NCBI GenBank assembly: GCA_048213135.1
Contig: PS015021.1
Location: 85,618 to 141,127, forward strand
Length of the DNA: 55,510 bases
Source: Reclinomonas americana ATCC 50394
Lineage: Eukaryota
Reading direction: 5' to 3'
The translations under genes were made by a program, and so were the position numbers. The notes under the pieces were generated by a model. It saw only the letters and a program-made list of their open reading frames with translations. It did not search any database and was not told where the DNA came from. Within the stretch, counting starts at the first letter, position 1. The number at the start of each line of letters is the position of its first letter. Positions 29,405 through 42,239 of the stretch are shown one piece after another.

Positions 29405-30448
29405 TGGGATGCACTCTCACCAACTCTCTCTCTCTCTCTCACACTCTCTCTTCCTCTATCAGTGCACTCTGAGCGCGCGCGTGTGTATGTGTGCACACCC
29501 CACACACAGACTCAGACGCTCACACACTGTGCGTGTTCTGTTCTATCTGTAACGGCGAGCTGTTCGTTTGTGAACATACTGTGTGCGTCTCCCCACATGG
29601 AGCGAATGATGCCTTGTGTGGTTGTCCTCACTGTGTGTGTGACACTGAGTGAGAGACGCACTTTGTTGGTCGCCGCTCTCCTCCCCCTCCTCCATTCTTC
29701 AGTCAAAACGATGGGAGGCGTTGACGCTCTTGATGTGGCAGGTGTCACTTGTCAAAAATACTGGATAAAGCAAACTGCAGCTGCCTCGCCTGTCGCTGAG
29801 AAGCAATAAGTACGAATCCGTAATCCCCTACGATTCCTCTTACAACTTCTTCAAGATTTGGTGAAGGTTGCAATTGCAGAGAGGCACGAGAATACGAATT
29901 CGAATTCAAACAATAGCAACAAATCAACACGTTCACCACCAAACAAGCAACAGCTGTCTTGAGGACCAAGTCGAACCGTATCCCAAATATCAACACAAAT
30001 ACCAATCTTGAGGCAGCAGCAGGTTCCTTGCAATTGTGTGTTCGCTCTCATCGCATCAGTGAGAAATGGTCGAGACGTCTCCTGCGGGCGCTGCTGCAAG
30101 AAAAACCACGGCTCGTGACAAGCATGCTCGAATTTGACTGATTTATCGTGCCGTTTCTCTGATGTCTCAGTTTCTGGTGCTCTGTAGCTTGGATTGTGGA
30201 AGGCGTTCACGGGAAACGAATTCGAACAGTAACTGCCTGTACATCGGCGTCAATACTGTTTCACTCTTCCAGGCTCCGTTCGCCGCCATCCTGGGCTTTT
30301 TCTGGCAACCCGCTGCTGCCCAGAGCCACGCATACTCTCTTTATGCAGTTTCTCATTTGTGGTACAATTTACGACGGCCAATAATACCGTCCAAAAGCGA
30401 GCGGCAGTTGTTCGATCCGATTCACACACACACGCACGCTCTCCACAC

Positions 30449-31730
30449 ATGAGCGCACGAGAACGCGTCGCCCCCGACCCCTCCACCACTCACGCCTACG
30501 CCGAGCCACCGCTGCACACACAGATGGATGTGCATCCACACCGTGTGCATCCTGATCATGAAGATCCGCCTCCTCCAGATCCTCTTCGCTCGCGACCGGC
30601 CTTCTCTCCCGCTCACCAGCGACGTCGGGAGAGCGAGGACGAGGAGGAGGACGAGGCGGTGCAGAAGGGCGGAAGAAAGCGGAAAGTGGACTACTTTACG
30701 AAGCTGTTGCACTCGCTGGAGAGTCGCAATGTGAACATCACAGCGGAGGAGAAGGAGCTGCAGGATCGTGCAGAGCAGGTGGCCTTCCACCAGCTCATGA
30801 TCGAGATGCTGAGGGAGCGCAAGCAGCGAGTTGAGTGCGAGTGCGGGAGAGAGATAGAGAGAGAGAGACTCTCCTCGCTTGTAGACAACTACTCACACTG
30901 TTGTTGTGTGGTCAGGGCTGCTGGTCGCGCATGTTGGACTTTGCCAGTGGTTCGACTCTGTACACCACCATGGCTGTCAAGTTTTGTCACGTCGCCTACA
31001 GCAATGGCTGTTGTTCTTGCCTCTCATGACGCGCTTCGTGTGCAGCTCCCCGCCGGACGAGCTGTGGGATCGCCTCAACTCGCAGTGGACGACTGTGGGC
31101 GTGGTTGCCGCTCTCATGGCCTCGTTTGCCTACTCCACCATCTCCATCTCGCCAAAGGACATCGTGTCGCCGGCGGAGGGCGAGGAGATCAGCCAGTGGG
31201 TGCTGGTGCGTTCGTTGTTCCTTACTTTGGTCACCACGGCGTGCATTCCAACTGTTCCTCGTCTCACACACAGGCATACGCCCTCATCAACCTGTTCTCG
31301 TTCGTGTTGAACGCACTGGTCACGATCCTCGCCACGTGGTTCTTCATCTTGGCGTCGTCGGTGCCACGCGCCCACCTGAATGTGTGGGTCCTGACGCACG
31401 CTCGCTTCTTGCTGATTCCGATCATTCTCATGGTGGTGGCATCCACGCTGCTCGTTGCTGGTGCGCTGGCACTTTGCCGTTCTTCTCCTCACAGTCCTTT
31501 TCTTACACTTGCTTCCAGCGGTGGCCCTCGCCACGTCGTACGTGTACGGGCAGACGTCGGCCATTGTGACACTGACAGGCACTGGCGCCTTCCTGGCTCC
31601 CGTCTTCATCATCAACTTGTACCTGGCCATTCGCACCGCCAGGGCGCACGACAAGTGGGCCATTCGGTCGCGCAAGTCGCGCGGCAGTGTGCCAGTTGCT
31701 GCCAGCATGCCTGGCGCGACAGGCCTTTGA
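30449..31730 (+). CDS. Unknown membrane protein with about four TM helices
   Basis: Five exons join in frame (donors 30830, 30981, 31206, 31461) and contain hydrophobic helices such as 'VGVVAALMASFAYSTI' and 'LLIPIILMVVASTLLVA'. Confidence 0.7.
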
Positions 31731-31792
31731 CCACCCCCAAACGCGGTACCATAAAAAAAGGATTCATTTTTTCTTTTCGCTGCGTGCACGTG

Positions 31793-32476
31793 TCACCTCA
31801 CACGCGGTGGCAGTCCGCCACTTGCGTGGCGTTGTCGACCATTGTCGTCCACCTGCGTTCTCGATCCTTGCTTGCGTGGTGGTGGTGGTGGTGGCGGCGG
31901 CGGGCCAGCAAATCGTCGCAGGCGCAACATCTCCAACGCGCGAGCGAATCGAGACGAGGCCTCGACACGGTCTTGCTCGCTCTCCTGCAGCATTGCCGTC
32001 GAGCATTGCATGACGGCGGGGGCACTGACGAGGCTGACGCTGTCCGCGGCCGAGTTGTCGGCACGCTCGGTCACCCCGTTCGGCAACTGTTCACCCTCCA
32101 TGAATGCAATCGGCATCGGCATCGCGTACGCCTTGGAGCGATGACGATCGCCCATGCCAGGCGGGAGTGTCAGTGCCGGCAACTTGCGGGGTGGTCTGCG
32201 CTTGGGTTGTTCCGCGACGACGCCAGACGAGGTCGAGCGCGTCATGGCGGGCGCTCGCGACCGCGGCAAGGGAATGTCGCCTCGCGTTATGATCGTTGTG
32301 CTGGTGACCACGGCCATGGAGGCGAGACTCAGCCTCTTGTTGCTCGACACGGGCACAATGGCGGTGCTGTCGAGAGAGGCCACCAACGGCTTGCTCGACA
32401 GCGTCGTTGGCCGCGAGTGGCTCCAGCTGCTGGGCACACTGCCGGCCGTTCTGTGTTCACTTGCGCACACTCCCAT
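31793..32476 (-). CDS. Low-complexity protein with a putative N-myristoylation/palmitoylation start (MGVCAS)
   Basis: 227-aa single-exon ORF with an MGxCxS start and a poly-Pro run; no recognised domain. Confidence 0.55.
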   Translation of the reverse strand: MGVCASEHRTAGSVPSSWSHSRPTTLSSKPLVASLDSTAIVPVSSNKRLSLASMAVVTSTTIITRGDIPLPRSRAPAMTRSTSSGVVAEQPKRRPPRKLPALTLPPGMGDRHRSKAYAMPMPIAFMEGEQLPNGVTERADNSAADSVSLVSAPAVMQCSTAMLQESEQDRVEASSRFARALEMLRLRRFAGPPPPPPPPPRKQGSRTQVDDNGRQRHASGGLPPRVR

Positions 32477-32969
32477 GGAACAGTAGGTGTCGGTGACTTG
32501 TCTCCTCTCTCCCGAGATTGCAAAGAAATCGGTAGAGGTGGTTTACCTCCCCGGCTTGCGGCGGTTCAGAGGTTGCGTCGCAGCTTCGTGGCAACACTGC
32601 TCCCACATGGCATGCAGTTGGCAATTTGCGGGCCGGAAGAATCGGGTACACGCGGAAATTGTGTGTGGTTGTGTCACAGTGCGGCGGTGGCGAGATTGAA
32701 AGGGGAGGGTGTTGAGAGCAGGAGGATGAGGTGTGGAGAATGGAGGAGAGAGCGGGGGAGAAAAGTTGTCTGAAGAGTGAGAACTTTAGACAGTTCGTCG
32801 CTGTCACGACGCATGCGCGCAAATTGCGAGAAGGAGAGAGTGCGGTCGCGGCTTCCGAAAGAACTAGAAGCAGTGTTGCATGGCTGTGGTGTGCAAGCGC
32901 GAGGGATGGAGAGGGAAGAAAAGTCGTTCCGCACCTCACCCAATTTGGGAAAAACCGTCGTTTTTGCAT

Positions 32970-33687
32970 TCATTCGGCAATATCCACCGCACCGAGCGTG
33001 TCAAATTGCAGGCTGTCAACGTCACGCGCGGAACACGTGTATTGCAGCCGAATGTAGATGGAAGCACCTGTGAAGTTGAAGCGGGGCGGTGAGGTGGCAA
33101 GGGGAAAATGAAGTTGCTAGCAAGTGGGGCTCACCTTGGCAAGGCGACGGATTGAGGCCGAGATTGGGGAGCGACGATTGCACTCGCAGCTACGGGGGGA
33201 AAAGTGAGTGGAAAGGTGGAAAGTAGACGATAGAGACGAGGGCACGCAACTGAGCAAATGGCGGCCGAGTCGCACAGAGATGAAAAGTAGCCACCGGCGT
33301 CGGGAATCAGTGCGTCGCAGAACTTGCTGATATCCTGCGGTTGTCGTGCGTCGGTGCGACCCCATTTGGCGGACACGATGCGCACGTTGCGGCGCGGCGC
33401 GGGTGCCGGGTCGAACTGGCGGCATTCGAGTTGGAGGACGGAGTTTTCCAGCGCGACGGCCTCTGCGATAGGGCACAAAGGGATGAGGGAGAGGGAGAGG
33501 GTGAAGGAGAGGGGGCAGCATGGACAGAAACGAAGTGGCATGCAAGACGGAGAGAGAAAGGCGAAGTAAGTGAGTGAGAAAGAGACTGGAAAGGCGGGCG
33601 GTAAGGTCACAGGATGCAGCTTGGACGGAAACGAAGCAGAGGGTGGATCGAAGAGGGAAGTGGTGAAGTGAGAGAGAGTGAGAGAGG

Positions 33688-33729
<42 letters not shown>

Positions 33730-34310
33730 GGAGGGAGAAGNNNNNNNNNNNNNNNNNNNNNNNNNNNNNNNNNNNNNNNNNNNNNNNNNNNNNNNNNNNN
33801 NNNNNNNNNNNNNNNNNNNNNNNNNNNNNNNNNNNNNNNNNNNNNNNNNNNNNNNNNNNNNNNNNNNNNNNNNNNNNNNNNNNNNNNNNNNNNNNNNNNN
33901 NNNNNNNNNNNNNNNNNNNNNNNNNNNNNNNNNNNNNNNNNNNNNNNNNNNNNNNNNNNNNNNNNNNNNNNNNNNNNNNNNNNNNNNNNNNNNNNNNNNN
34001 NNNNNNNNNNNNNNNNNNNNNNNNNNNNAGAGAGAGAACGCAAGCCCACCAACTCACACCGAAGAGCGAGAAGGAGAGTGATAGGAGAGCACAAATGACA
34101 ACTGCTGCTCTCTCTCTCTCTCTCTCTGCGCGCACTCACCATACGTCAACACAGTCGTCCCAGTGCTGCACACACACATGGAGTGAGTCTCTTCCCCTCA
34201 GCCCTTCTCTCTCTTTCTCTCACACACCTCATCGCCGCCTGCGCTAGTGTCACCAGCAACAGCGAGAGCACAAGCAAGAAGAGCGCAGCGGCATGCGACC
34301 TCTCCACCAT
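32970..34310 (-). CDS. Secreted single-domain SUEL-like lectin
   Basis: Signal peptide, then spliced 'ENSVLQLEC...VRIVSAKWGR...CD...CSLRV...PSPCQGASIYIRLQYTC'. Confidence 0.7.
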
Positions 34311-34432
34311 CAGTGCAAATTCGGATTTTCGCGCCAAGAATGCGTTTTGCAGAGGCGACGACGCAGTTCAAAAGAAACAAGTGTACACTGCCTGTTGAGG
34401 TAACCAGGGAACCTACCAAGCTTGCTCATCGA

Positions 34433-34830
34433 TCAACTGCTGCTCATATCCCTAAATGTCAAATGATGTGGCGCCTTGTTGTGGTCCTTGTGGATCAACT
34501 GCACTGTCGTCAGGACCAGGTGCAGTGGCGGGAGCACAACACTGAACGCGATGGAGACGTAGTACGCTGCCGTGCTTGACGTGTGCAACTTGCTCAAGTC
34601 GTCGTTCCAGGTGGCAATAATTCCGGCAATCAGCAATATATATATGGCGTCGTTGATCAGCCAGATGCCTTTGCAGGTCACCATGAGGGCGTCAAAGTCG
34701 CGCACTTTCGAGTCCAGCGACAACCCGTCGCACTGTTTCATGCAGTGCCAGGCCAACACGATTTCGACAGTGATAATAAAGGGAACTTCCGCAATCAGAA
34801 CCCACTGCACGTACTGCGCACGGAGAGAGA

Positions 34831-34861
<31 letters not shown>

Positions 34862-35226
34862 CAGAAGTCAGGATCGTCGAGAAGGCGAGTGCGCCCAACC
34901 TCGTGCAAGAACAGACCTTGGCCAGCGCCGAATATGAGGCACCGAAGAAAGCTGCCCAGTGAAAGCAGTCGATGATGGCGTGGATGAGAGCGCGCACCGG
35001 CAGCCAGTTACGCTTCGATTGGATTGCACATTCAACGACAGCTGCGCCAGCACATATACAACGATGAGCAAACTCGTGGAGGTTGATAGTTTTTTGCACA
35101 GATATCCGGACACGCACTGAGAGCGTGAGTGGTCAAGTCGTCACAACCCAAGTGGTGGATGAATCTCGAGGCTGCCGCCTCCACGCTGTTGACCACGGAG
35201 TGCTCGGCCGGGGCGACGGGATACAT
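34433..35226 (-). CDS. Unknown multi-pass membrane protein
   Basis: Probably three exons; the last (34813-34433) has three hydrophobic segments. The 5' junctions are tentative. Confidence 0.55.
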
Positions 35227-35534
35227 GGGGAGATGGGTGAAGGCGACGATATCGGGAACTGCTCACTGCGCGCGGTTTGATATCGCGAACTTGAGACACA
35301 GTGATACGACACGGCACAGCATCGCGAAACCGAGAGACGCAACGATGTGTGACGACGATGCAAAAGTGGGACGCTAAGGAACTCACTCCTGCTCTCCTGC
35401 GCGACTCGAAAAAGTGTAGGAAAAACTCTATACATGCTTGTCCGCCTCTCCAATCAGTCATGGTCGTGTCTGGTATTCGAGAGCTGCTGGCTCGGTGACA
35501 CACCTAGGTGTGGGCAAGCAGCGTGTCTCACCTA

Positions 35535-36809
35535 TCACCACCGGCACCACGGCTCGCGCCACAACAGCGCACGAGCCTCCTCCAGCACACAACACCGCAG
35601 CACCACATCCACCAAGTACCATTCGCAATCGCCGTCACCACCACTGACTTCGGCCGTCGCCATTGCCTGCTGCACAGCGTCCACCGCACTCTCCGCACTC
35701 GCCACCTCTCGCTGCGCCAAGCCGCGCGGCGTGTACAACAGGCTGGCGTATCCGTCGACCCAGCCGCCGACGACATTTGCGTCGTCGGGAAGCAGTGCCA
35801 GACTCGAGCAGCGCACTTGGAAGCCACCCGCCGCCGGCGACGTGTGACTGTACAGGAGCGCGCCACTGGCCAGCGACCAGAAATGCACAAAGCCATCGTG
35901 GCCGGCGCTCACCACGCACCGCGAGTCGCCCGTCACCTCCACTCCGGTCACCGACTTGGACGGGCACACCGTCTCACACCACAGTTGCTCGCCAGTGCGC
36001 CACGACCACGCTCGCACCGAGCCATCGCTGCCGCCAGCGACAATGTACTCGCCGTCGGGCGACACGGCCAGCGACACGGCAGCCAATCGAGCAGCACCGG
36101 CATCGCCTGGCATGCTCAGTCGACGCACGCGCGCACCGTCATCTTCACCATCGACGCACGTGCACACAATGTGCACACGGTTGAACTCCTCCGCAGCCTC
36201 CCCGCCCGACACCACCACGCGACGGCCATCGGGAGCAACCGCAATGGCGAACACACACGTCAGCTGCGCATCGACGCACGCCACCAGCTCCCCACTCGCT
36301 GCACACCACACGCGCACATGACCATCACTGCAGCCGACCGCCACCCGCGAGCCACCTCCCGGCACCACCGCCACCGCGGCCAGCGAGTACATCTCATTCG
36401 GCGGCATGATCTCATGCAGCGGGTCAACACGCTGCGTGCCACTCTCCATCAGTCGCTGCATCGCCCACACGCGCAGCACATTCGAGTCGCTGTGCACGAC
36501 GCTCCACCCGCTCAGCATCACCACGAAGCGCCCATCCGACGTGAACACCGCCCGCTTTGCAAACCACACCGCATCGCCGTCAGCTGTGTGCGTCGGTGTC
36601 GGGTACAACACACGTGGCATCGACTCGTCACCGCGCAGCGACCACAGACGCACACCCCAGTCGGTCTCCCAGCCGCACGAGAGCAGGAAGAGACCATTTG
36701 GCGACACCGACACCGACGACACTGGCACGCCGTGGTGGAAGACGCGAGGTGGAGCGGCGGGCGCAGGCGTTGCGGGCTGTGCAGGTTGTTGACTGCTCTT
36801 TGCGCCCAT
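35535..36809 (-). CDS. WD40-repeat protein, possibly N-myristoylated (MGAKSS)
   Basis: 424-aa ORF with repeats 'SVSPNG...VRLWS', 'SDGHVRVW', 'SPDGEYIVAGGSDGSVRAW' and 'SAGHDGFVHFWS'. Confidence 0.9.
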   Translation of the reverse strand: MGAKSSQQPAQPATPAPAAPPRVFHHGVPVSSVSVSPNGLFLLSCGWETDWGVRLWSLRGDESMPRVLYPTPTHTADGDAVWFAKRAVFTSDGRFVVMLSGWSVVHSDSNVLRVWAMQRLMESGTQRVDPLHEIMPPNEMYSLAAVAVVPGGGSRVAVGCSDGHVRVWCAASGELVACVDAQLTCVFAIAVAPDGRRVVVSGGEAAEEFNRVHIVCTCVDGEDDGARVRRLSMPGDAGAARLAAVSLAVSPDGEYIVAGGSDGSVRAWSWRTGEQLWCETVCPSKSVTGVEVTGDSRCVVSAGHDGFVHFWSLASGALLYSHTSPAAGGFQVRCSSLALLPDDANVVGGWVDGYASLLYTPRGLAQREVASAESAVDAVQQAMATAEVSGGDGDCEWYLVDVVLRCCVLEEARALLWREPWCRW

Positions 36810-37525
36810 GAAAATGTGTTGCAGGCGGACAGCTGGTCCCGAGTTCGAGCATCAAAGACAAGGTGGAGGAGGAGAAGTGGGTACTAGGCTGGGCAGAGGT
36901 CGGTAGCTCTTCGACTGCGACACGCGGTAATACGCAGCGCGCGAACGCGTGATCTCGAGGATCCGAATCCGGATCCGGAAACAACAAAACACTTCATTCA
37001 CCACATTCCAATAATGCGACAAATGTCCACAAATCGTGAAGTTGGTCATGGACATGAAGCAAGACAACACCTTCAAGCTGTGGCCGCACACACGGTATAA
37101 GAGTAAGAGGCATTGGTGCGGACACTGCAGGAAGTGCTCTTCGACGCGGGTTGGTGATCACTTGCAAATGGCGCGAAGTGAAATCGATATCCGGATCCTG
37201 TTTTACACGAACGTAGACGACACCACACCGACAAGGTGGTGGCGGCATGCAAGACAGAGGAGAAGCGTGCAAGAGAGCAAGCACTGCAGGGTACGGCTCT
37301 TCGATGTACATGTGCAATTGCAATGGACTTGGAGCGATGTTCGGATCCTGTTTGCACTGGCTTAGATGATGCAGGCCAGCCGCTGTCACATGCAAGGTAG
37401 AGGACAAGTAGGCGCGACAGCGGGCCCTGCAGCGCGACACGTAATATGCAGCAGACACTTGGCGCGAAAACGTCGTCGGTCCTGTATGTTACACTCGCAA
37501 TCAAAATCAGTGTCGAGGAGGAGCA

Positions 37526-37968
37526 ATGCGCGCGTACTATCTGGATCTGGAGGACGAGGTTGCGGGATCTGGAGTTGCCTCGGGCACTGGCGCAGTGGGG
37601 GAGGTGACAGAGGAGGAGTTGAAGGAGCTGGGAGTGTTGTACTGGAGGTTGGACATGTCGGCGCGTGACCGCGAGGCTGCGGAGGGTGGTCCGTCGTATT
37701 CGGCGCAGCTGGAGGGCATTTGTGTGGAGCGCGAGTATAAGAATCGTGATGAGGTTGGAAGGGGGGAAGGGAAAGGGAAAGGGGAAGGGAGAGGGAGAAG
37801 AGGAGAGAGAAAGGGGAGGGAGAGGGAGATGGAGAAGAGAAGAGAGAAGAGAGAGAGAGAGAGAGAGATAGGAAGGAGAGAGAGAAGGAGAGAGAGAGAC
37901 TGAGAGACTTAGAGATGATTGTGATGATTGTGATGATTGTGATTGCAGCAGTCATGTCGTTGCAGATG

Positions 37969-38035
<67 letters not shown>

Positions 38036-39105
38036 GTAGGTACGTAGTAGTAGACGACGTACGTAGGTAGGTACGGTACGGTACGTACGTACGAACGAAC
38101 GAACGAAACGACGGAACGGAACGGGAAACGGNNNNNNNNNNNNNNNNNNNNNNNNNNNNNNNNNNNNNNNNNNNNNNNNNNNNNNNNNNNNNNNNNNNNN
38201 NNNNNNNNNNNNNNNNNNNNNNNNNNNNNNNNNNNNNNNNNNNNNNNNNNNNNNNNNNNNNNNNNNNNNNNNNNNNNNNNNNNNNNNNNNNNNNNNNNNN
38301 NNNNNNNNNNNNNNNNNNNNNNNNNNNNNNNNNNNNNNNNNNNNNNNNNNNNNNNNNNNNNNNNNNNNNNNNNNNNNNNNNNNNNNNNNNNNNNNNNNNN
38401 NNNNNNNNNNNNNNNNNNNNNNNNNNNNNNNNNNNNNNNNNNNNNNNNNNNNNNNNNNNNNNNNNNNNNNNNNNNNNNNNNNNNNNNNNNNNNNNNNNNN
38501 NNNNNNNNNNNNNNNNNNNNNNNNNNNNNNNNNNNNNNNNNNNNNNNNNNNNNNNNNNNNNNNNNNNNNNNNNNNNNNNNNNNNNNNNNNNNNNNNNNNN
38601 NNNNNNNNNNNNNNNNNNNNNNNNNNNNNNNNNNNNNNNNNNNNNNNNNNNNNNNNNNNNNNNNNNNNNNNNNNNNNNNNNNNNNNNNNNNNNNNNNNNN
38701 NNNNNNNNNNNNNNNNNNNNNNNNNNNNNNNNNNNNNNNNNNNNNNNNNNNNNNNNNNNNNNNNNNNNNNNNNNNNNNNNNNNNNNNNNNNNNNNNNNNN
38801 NNNNNNNNNNNNNNNNNNNNNNNNNNNNNNNNNNNNNNNNNNNNNNNNNNNNNNNNNNNNNNNNNNNNNNNNNNNNNNNNNNNNNNNNNNNNNNNNNNNN
38901 NNNNNNNNNNNNNNNNNNNNNNNNNNNNNNNNNNNNNNNNNNNNNNNNNNNNNNNNNNNNNNNNNNNNNNNNNNNNNNNNNNNNNNNNNNNNNNNNNNNN
39001 NNNNNNNNNNNNNNNNNNNNNNNNNNNCGTACGTACGTACGTACGTACGTACGTACGTACGTACGTACGTACGTACGTACGTACGTACGTACGTACGTAC
39101 GTACG

Positions 39106-39175
<70 letters not shown>

Positions 39176-39938
39176 GAGAGTGGTGAGAAGACGCTGTGGA
39201 CAACATGGGTGCGCTGGGAGAGAGGTTCAAAAGTGCAAGACTGAGAACAAGAAAGCGACAGCCACACATTCAGAGATATGGGGAAGCAGAGAGGAGATGA
39301 GAAGTGAACAAGTAAGAGGAGCAAACAAGAGCAGCGACTGGATGACAAAGATGAGCCAAGAGAAAAGAGAACAAAAGAAAAGAAAAGGGAGTGACGTTCA
39401 GAGCTCTCCGTGAGAGATCACAGTGGTGAGTGACAAACCGCTCACCCTTCCTCCCCTCATCACAGGTCGTGCTGTACCCTGAGCGCGAGGGTCTCGAGGC
39501 CATGCTGAAGAGGTTCTTTGTCGAGCACTGTTGCGTCTCCCTCTCCCACTCTCTCCCTCTTCAATCACCGTCGTCTCACCCTACATGCAGACCACGAGGA
39601 CGAGGAGATCCGCTTCATTCTCGACGGCACAGGCGCCTTTGACATTCGCGACACCGCCGACAAGTGGGTGCGCATCGAGGTGTCGGTGGGCGACATGATT
39701 GTGATTGTTGCGTGGCACACCGTGTCTTCTTCTTCTTCACCACCGTTACCACGGCAGCAGCTAACAGTGTTGTTGGTGTGCGCAGCCGGCTGGCGCCTTC
39801 CACCGCTTCACGCTGCTCGACAGCCGCAATGTGCACGCGATGCGTCTGTTCAAGGATGCGCCCAAGTGGGAGGCCATTCCGCGGCACCCTGGCTCGCCGC
39901 CACCACCTGCCTTTGTCGCCGATTGCAAGGCGAACTGA
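37526..39938 (+). CDS. ADI1: Acireductone dioxygenase (methionine salvage)
   Basis: Four visible exons give '[11 protein letters not shown]...REYKNRDE...[26 protein letters not shown]...[14 protein letters not shown]...AMRLF...PKW' with intact metal ligands. Confidence 0.95.
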
Positions 39939-40052
39939 CACAATGGGAGGGCGATGGCTTCGTGAATCTCTCGAATGAATGCGAGGAGAAGGTCTGGCGA
40001 GGAGCTGCTGTCGGATGTCTTCTTCACAGTTGTACATTTCGGGTGGTCTCGC

Positions 40053-41855
40053 TCACACCGCCGGATTCCTCGACTTGGGGAAGACACCCCGCAAGCGCAG
40101 CTTCTTCGCCAACAGCGGCAGCGCCTCGTCTAACCGCGCGTAGATGCGCACAGCACACTGATCGTCGTACTGTGTGCGTTGCAGGTTGATAATGACGAGG
40201 CCTTGTCCGACGCCGTCGGCGTGTCGTTCGGCGGGTGTTGTGGCGATGCGGTCTGCGTGCGTGCGTGTGCGAGGTGAGTGAAAGAAGGGGGAAAGGAAAA
40301 AAAGGGGGGGGACGTCTTGCTCACCAGCGCCCATGCCGCACAGTGACGTGCCGAGAGCCAGGCACATGTCGCACCGCTCCTCCCACTCGGACAGCCACTC
40401 GTGCAGATGCGGCTCCACGTCCTCGTCCATGAACTTGACGCGGTTCTTGCGGTCGAACCAGCTGCCGTGGATCTCGTTGAGCTTCTCCTGGGGGTAGCCG
40501 GCCTGCAGAAGGAGAAGGAGGTGAGCAAAAGGAGGGAATGTATGAGAAGGAGGGAAAAAGGAGAAAAGGAAGCAGCAGCAGCGGAGGGGAAGAAGCAGCA
40601 GGAGGAGGAGGAGCAGCAGCAGAAGTGGCAGACTGACGGAGGAGAGAGTGTGATTGAGAAATGTAGTGAGCAAAGTGGAAAAACAGCATGCCGGAAAGAA
40701 GGACAGAGTGATGGAAAATGAAGAGAGCCCGAAGAAGAACAGAAAAACTGCAGTGAAGAAGAGGAGGGGAGGAGGGACACGATAACAGAGTACGCTGCGA
40801 GGCTACCGGGAAAGAAAGCGGGAGAGAGAGAGAGAAAGAGAGAGGGAGAGAGAGACACAGAGAGTGGAAGAATTGGATGTGATGAAGAAGCAGTCTGACA
40901 GAGTTGGCTGAAAAGGCAGTTGTAAAGAAGAGGAAGAAAGGAGGAGGATGAGGCAGAAGAGGACATCCGAGCGATGATGTAGGCCGGTGGAGTGGGGTAA
41001 ACTGAGAGCAGGGAGGTGACGAAATAGAGGAAACGAGGAGGAGGATGCGGAGAACAACTGCAGAGCGATGACAGATGAGGAGAGTGAGTTGAACGACATG
41101 CACCTTTTGCGCCAGTCCGTCGTGGTTCTGCTGCACCCAGTGCTGTGACATTCGAGGGGTTTAGTCGCACAACCAACTAGCTTCTCGCAGATTACTGACC
41201 CCGCCGCACCTGCAGATACCCAGCGCGTTCCATCGCCGCCAGCACCTGCATTGACAAGTCAGTCTCCAAATCATCATCACCACCATCGCCGCCGCCTCAT
41301 CAATCGCAACATAGTGGGACTTGGTCGGCTGCGCCTTTAGTCGATTGACGCTGGTCTCGCGACCGGCCACCGATCCCTGCGACACGAGACGAAGTGAGCA
41401 CGTCTGGCACCGATCATTGCCACCGATCAATCGATATCGCACGCAACTGGGGCCACACTGGCGTAATCGCCCAAGCCCGCGGAGGTGGAGATGCCGGCTC
41501 CCGTGTACACCACCAGATTCTCCGACTGCGCGACAAGGGAGAGGTAAGTTGACACGAAAGGAGAGCGTTGCCGGATGAGTGACAACACCTTGCGGATCAT
41601 GTCGGCCACCAACTCCAGCTTCGCATCCAACACGTCATCCTCATCGGCGTACTCGGTGGCATCGCGCGAGTTGTATCCTGGTCTCGCCAAGCGATCCGTG
41701 GCAGCCACCACGCGAGGGGCACGCCATGCGTCCGGATCGATTTCTGGCACGTTCCGCCCGTGCATCTCCACCCATGTCGCGTCGAGTCGCCGTACTTGTC
41801 GAGGTGCGCGTCGTGCGGGTCCTCCAGCAGCAGCAGCAGCGGAGGAAGAAGCCAT
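40053..41855 (-). CDS. Sirtuin (Sir2 family, SIRT6/7-like motifs) lacking the zinc-binding module
   Basis: Seven exons give '[13 protein letters not shown]', 'PTKSH', 'QQNHDGL', 'EIHG', 'LGTSL' and 'IINLQRT'. Confidence 0.9.
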
Positions 41856-42239
41856 GATTGTCTATTCTCCGAGTTGTCGACCGAAATGCTATAAATAACC
41901 AGCGACGTCGCTTCGTTTTTCTCCCTGCCATTGGCGTGCGAAGGTATTTTTGTATTCGTCGGAAGAAGGGAGAGGACTCCGCTGACTGCTGAGTGTGCGC
42001 GACGGCATGCGGGATGCGAGAGAAGAGGCGACGTCGCTGCAGCCATTGCATGTATTTTGTTCCGAAGTCGACGTCGAGTTCTTTGCTCCAACGTCTCCAC
42101 CGTTGAGTAGGCGCATGCCAAGCATATACACAGCAAGCATGTGAGCTCTCAGCAACTCATCTCATTCCCTTCGCCTCGGCGACGTGTCCCGTGACGTCAC
42201 TCTCCCGCGCACACGCGACAACCCCCCTCTGTCTCTCTC

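Noticed and set aside
30359-32773. 804-aa ORF and many other long ORFs in the track
   Set aside because: They are GC-rich shadow frames, or read through introns, microsatellites and N gaps; spliced models explain the sequence better.
39028-39105. (TACG)n array, and similar ACG/TAC-rich strings next to gaps (2335-2445, 2948-3000, 38036-38131, 28404-28500)
   Set aside because: They occur only at contig ends after microsatellites and mirror the TACG pyrosequencing flow order, so they are most likely low-quality read tails.
39520-39790. Non-canonical TT-start introns (cleavage after the G of GTTGCG)
   Set aside because: Shifting both junctions by one base would turn the conserved ADI1 Pro of PAG into Ala, and the Ile of the CRN Walker A into Met; exact GT-AG fits better.
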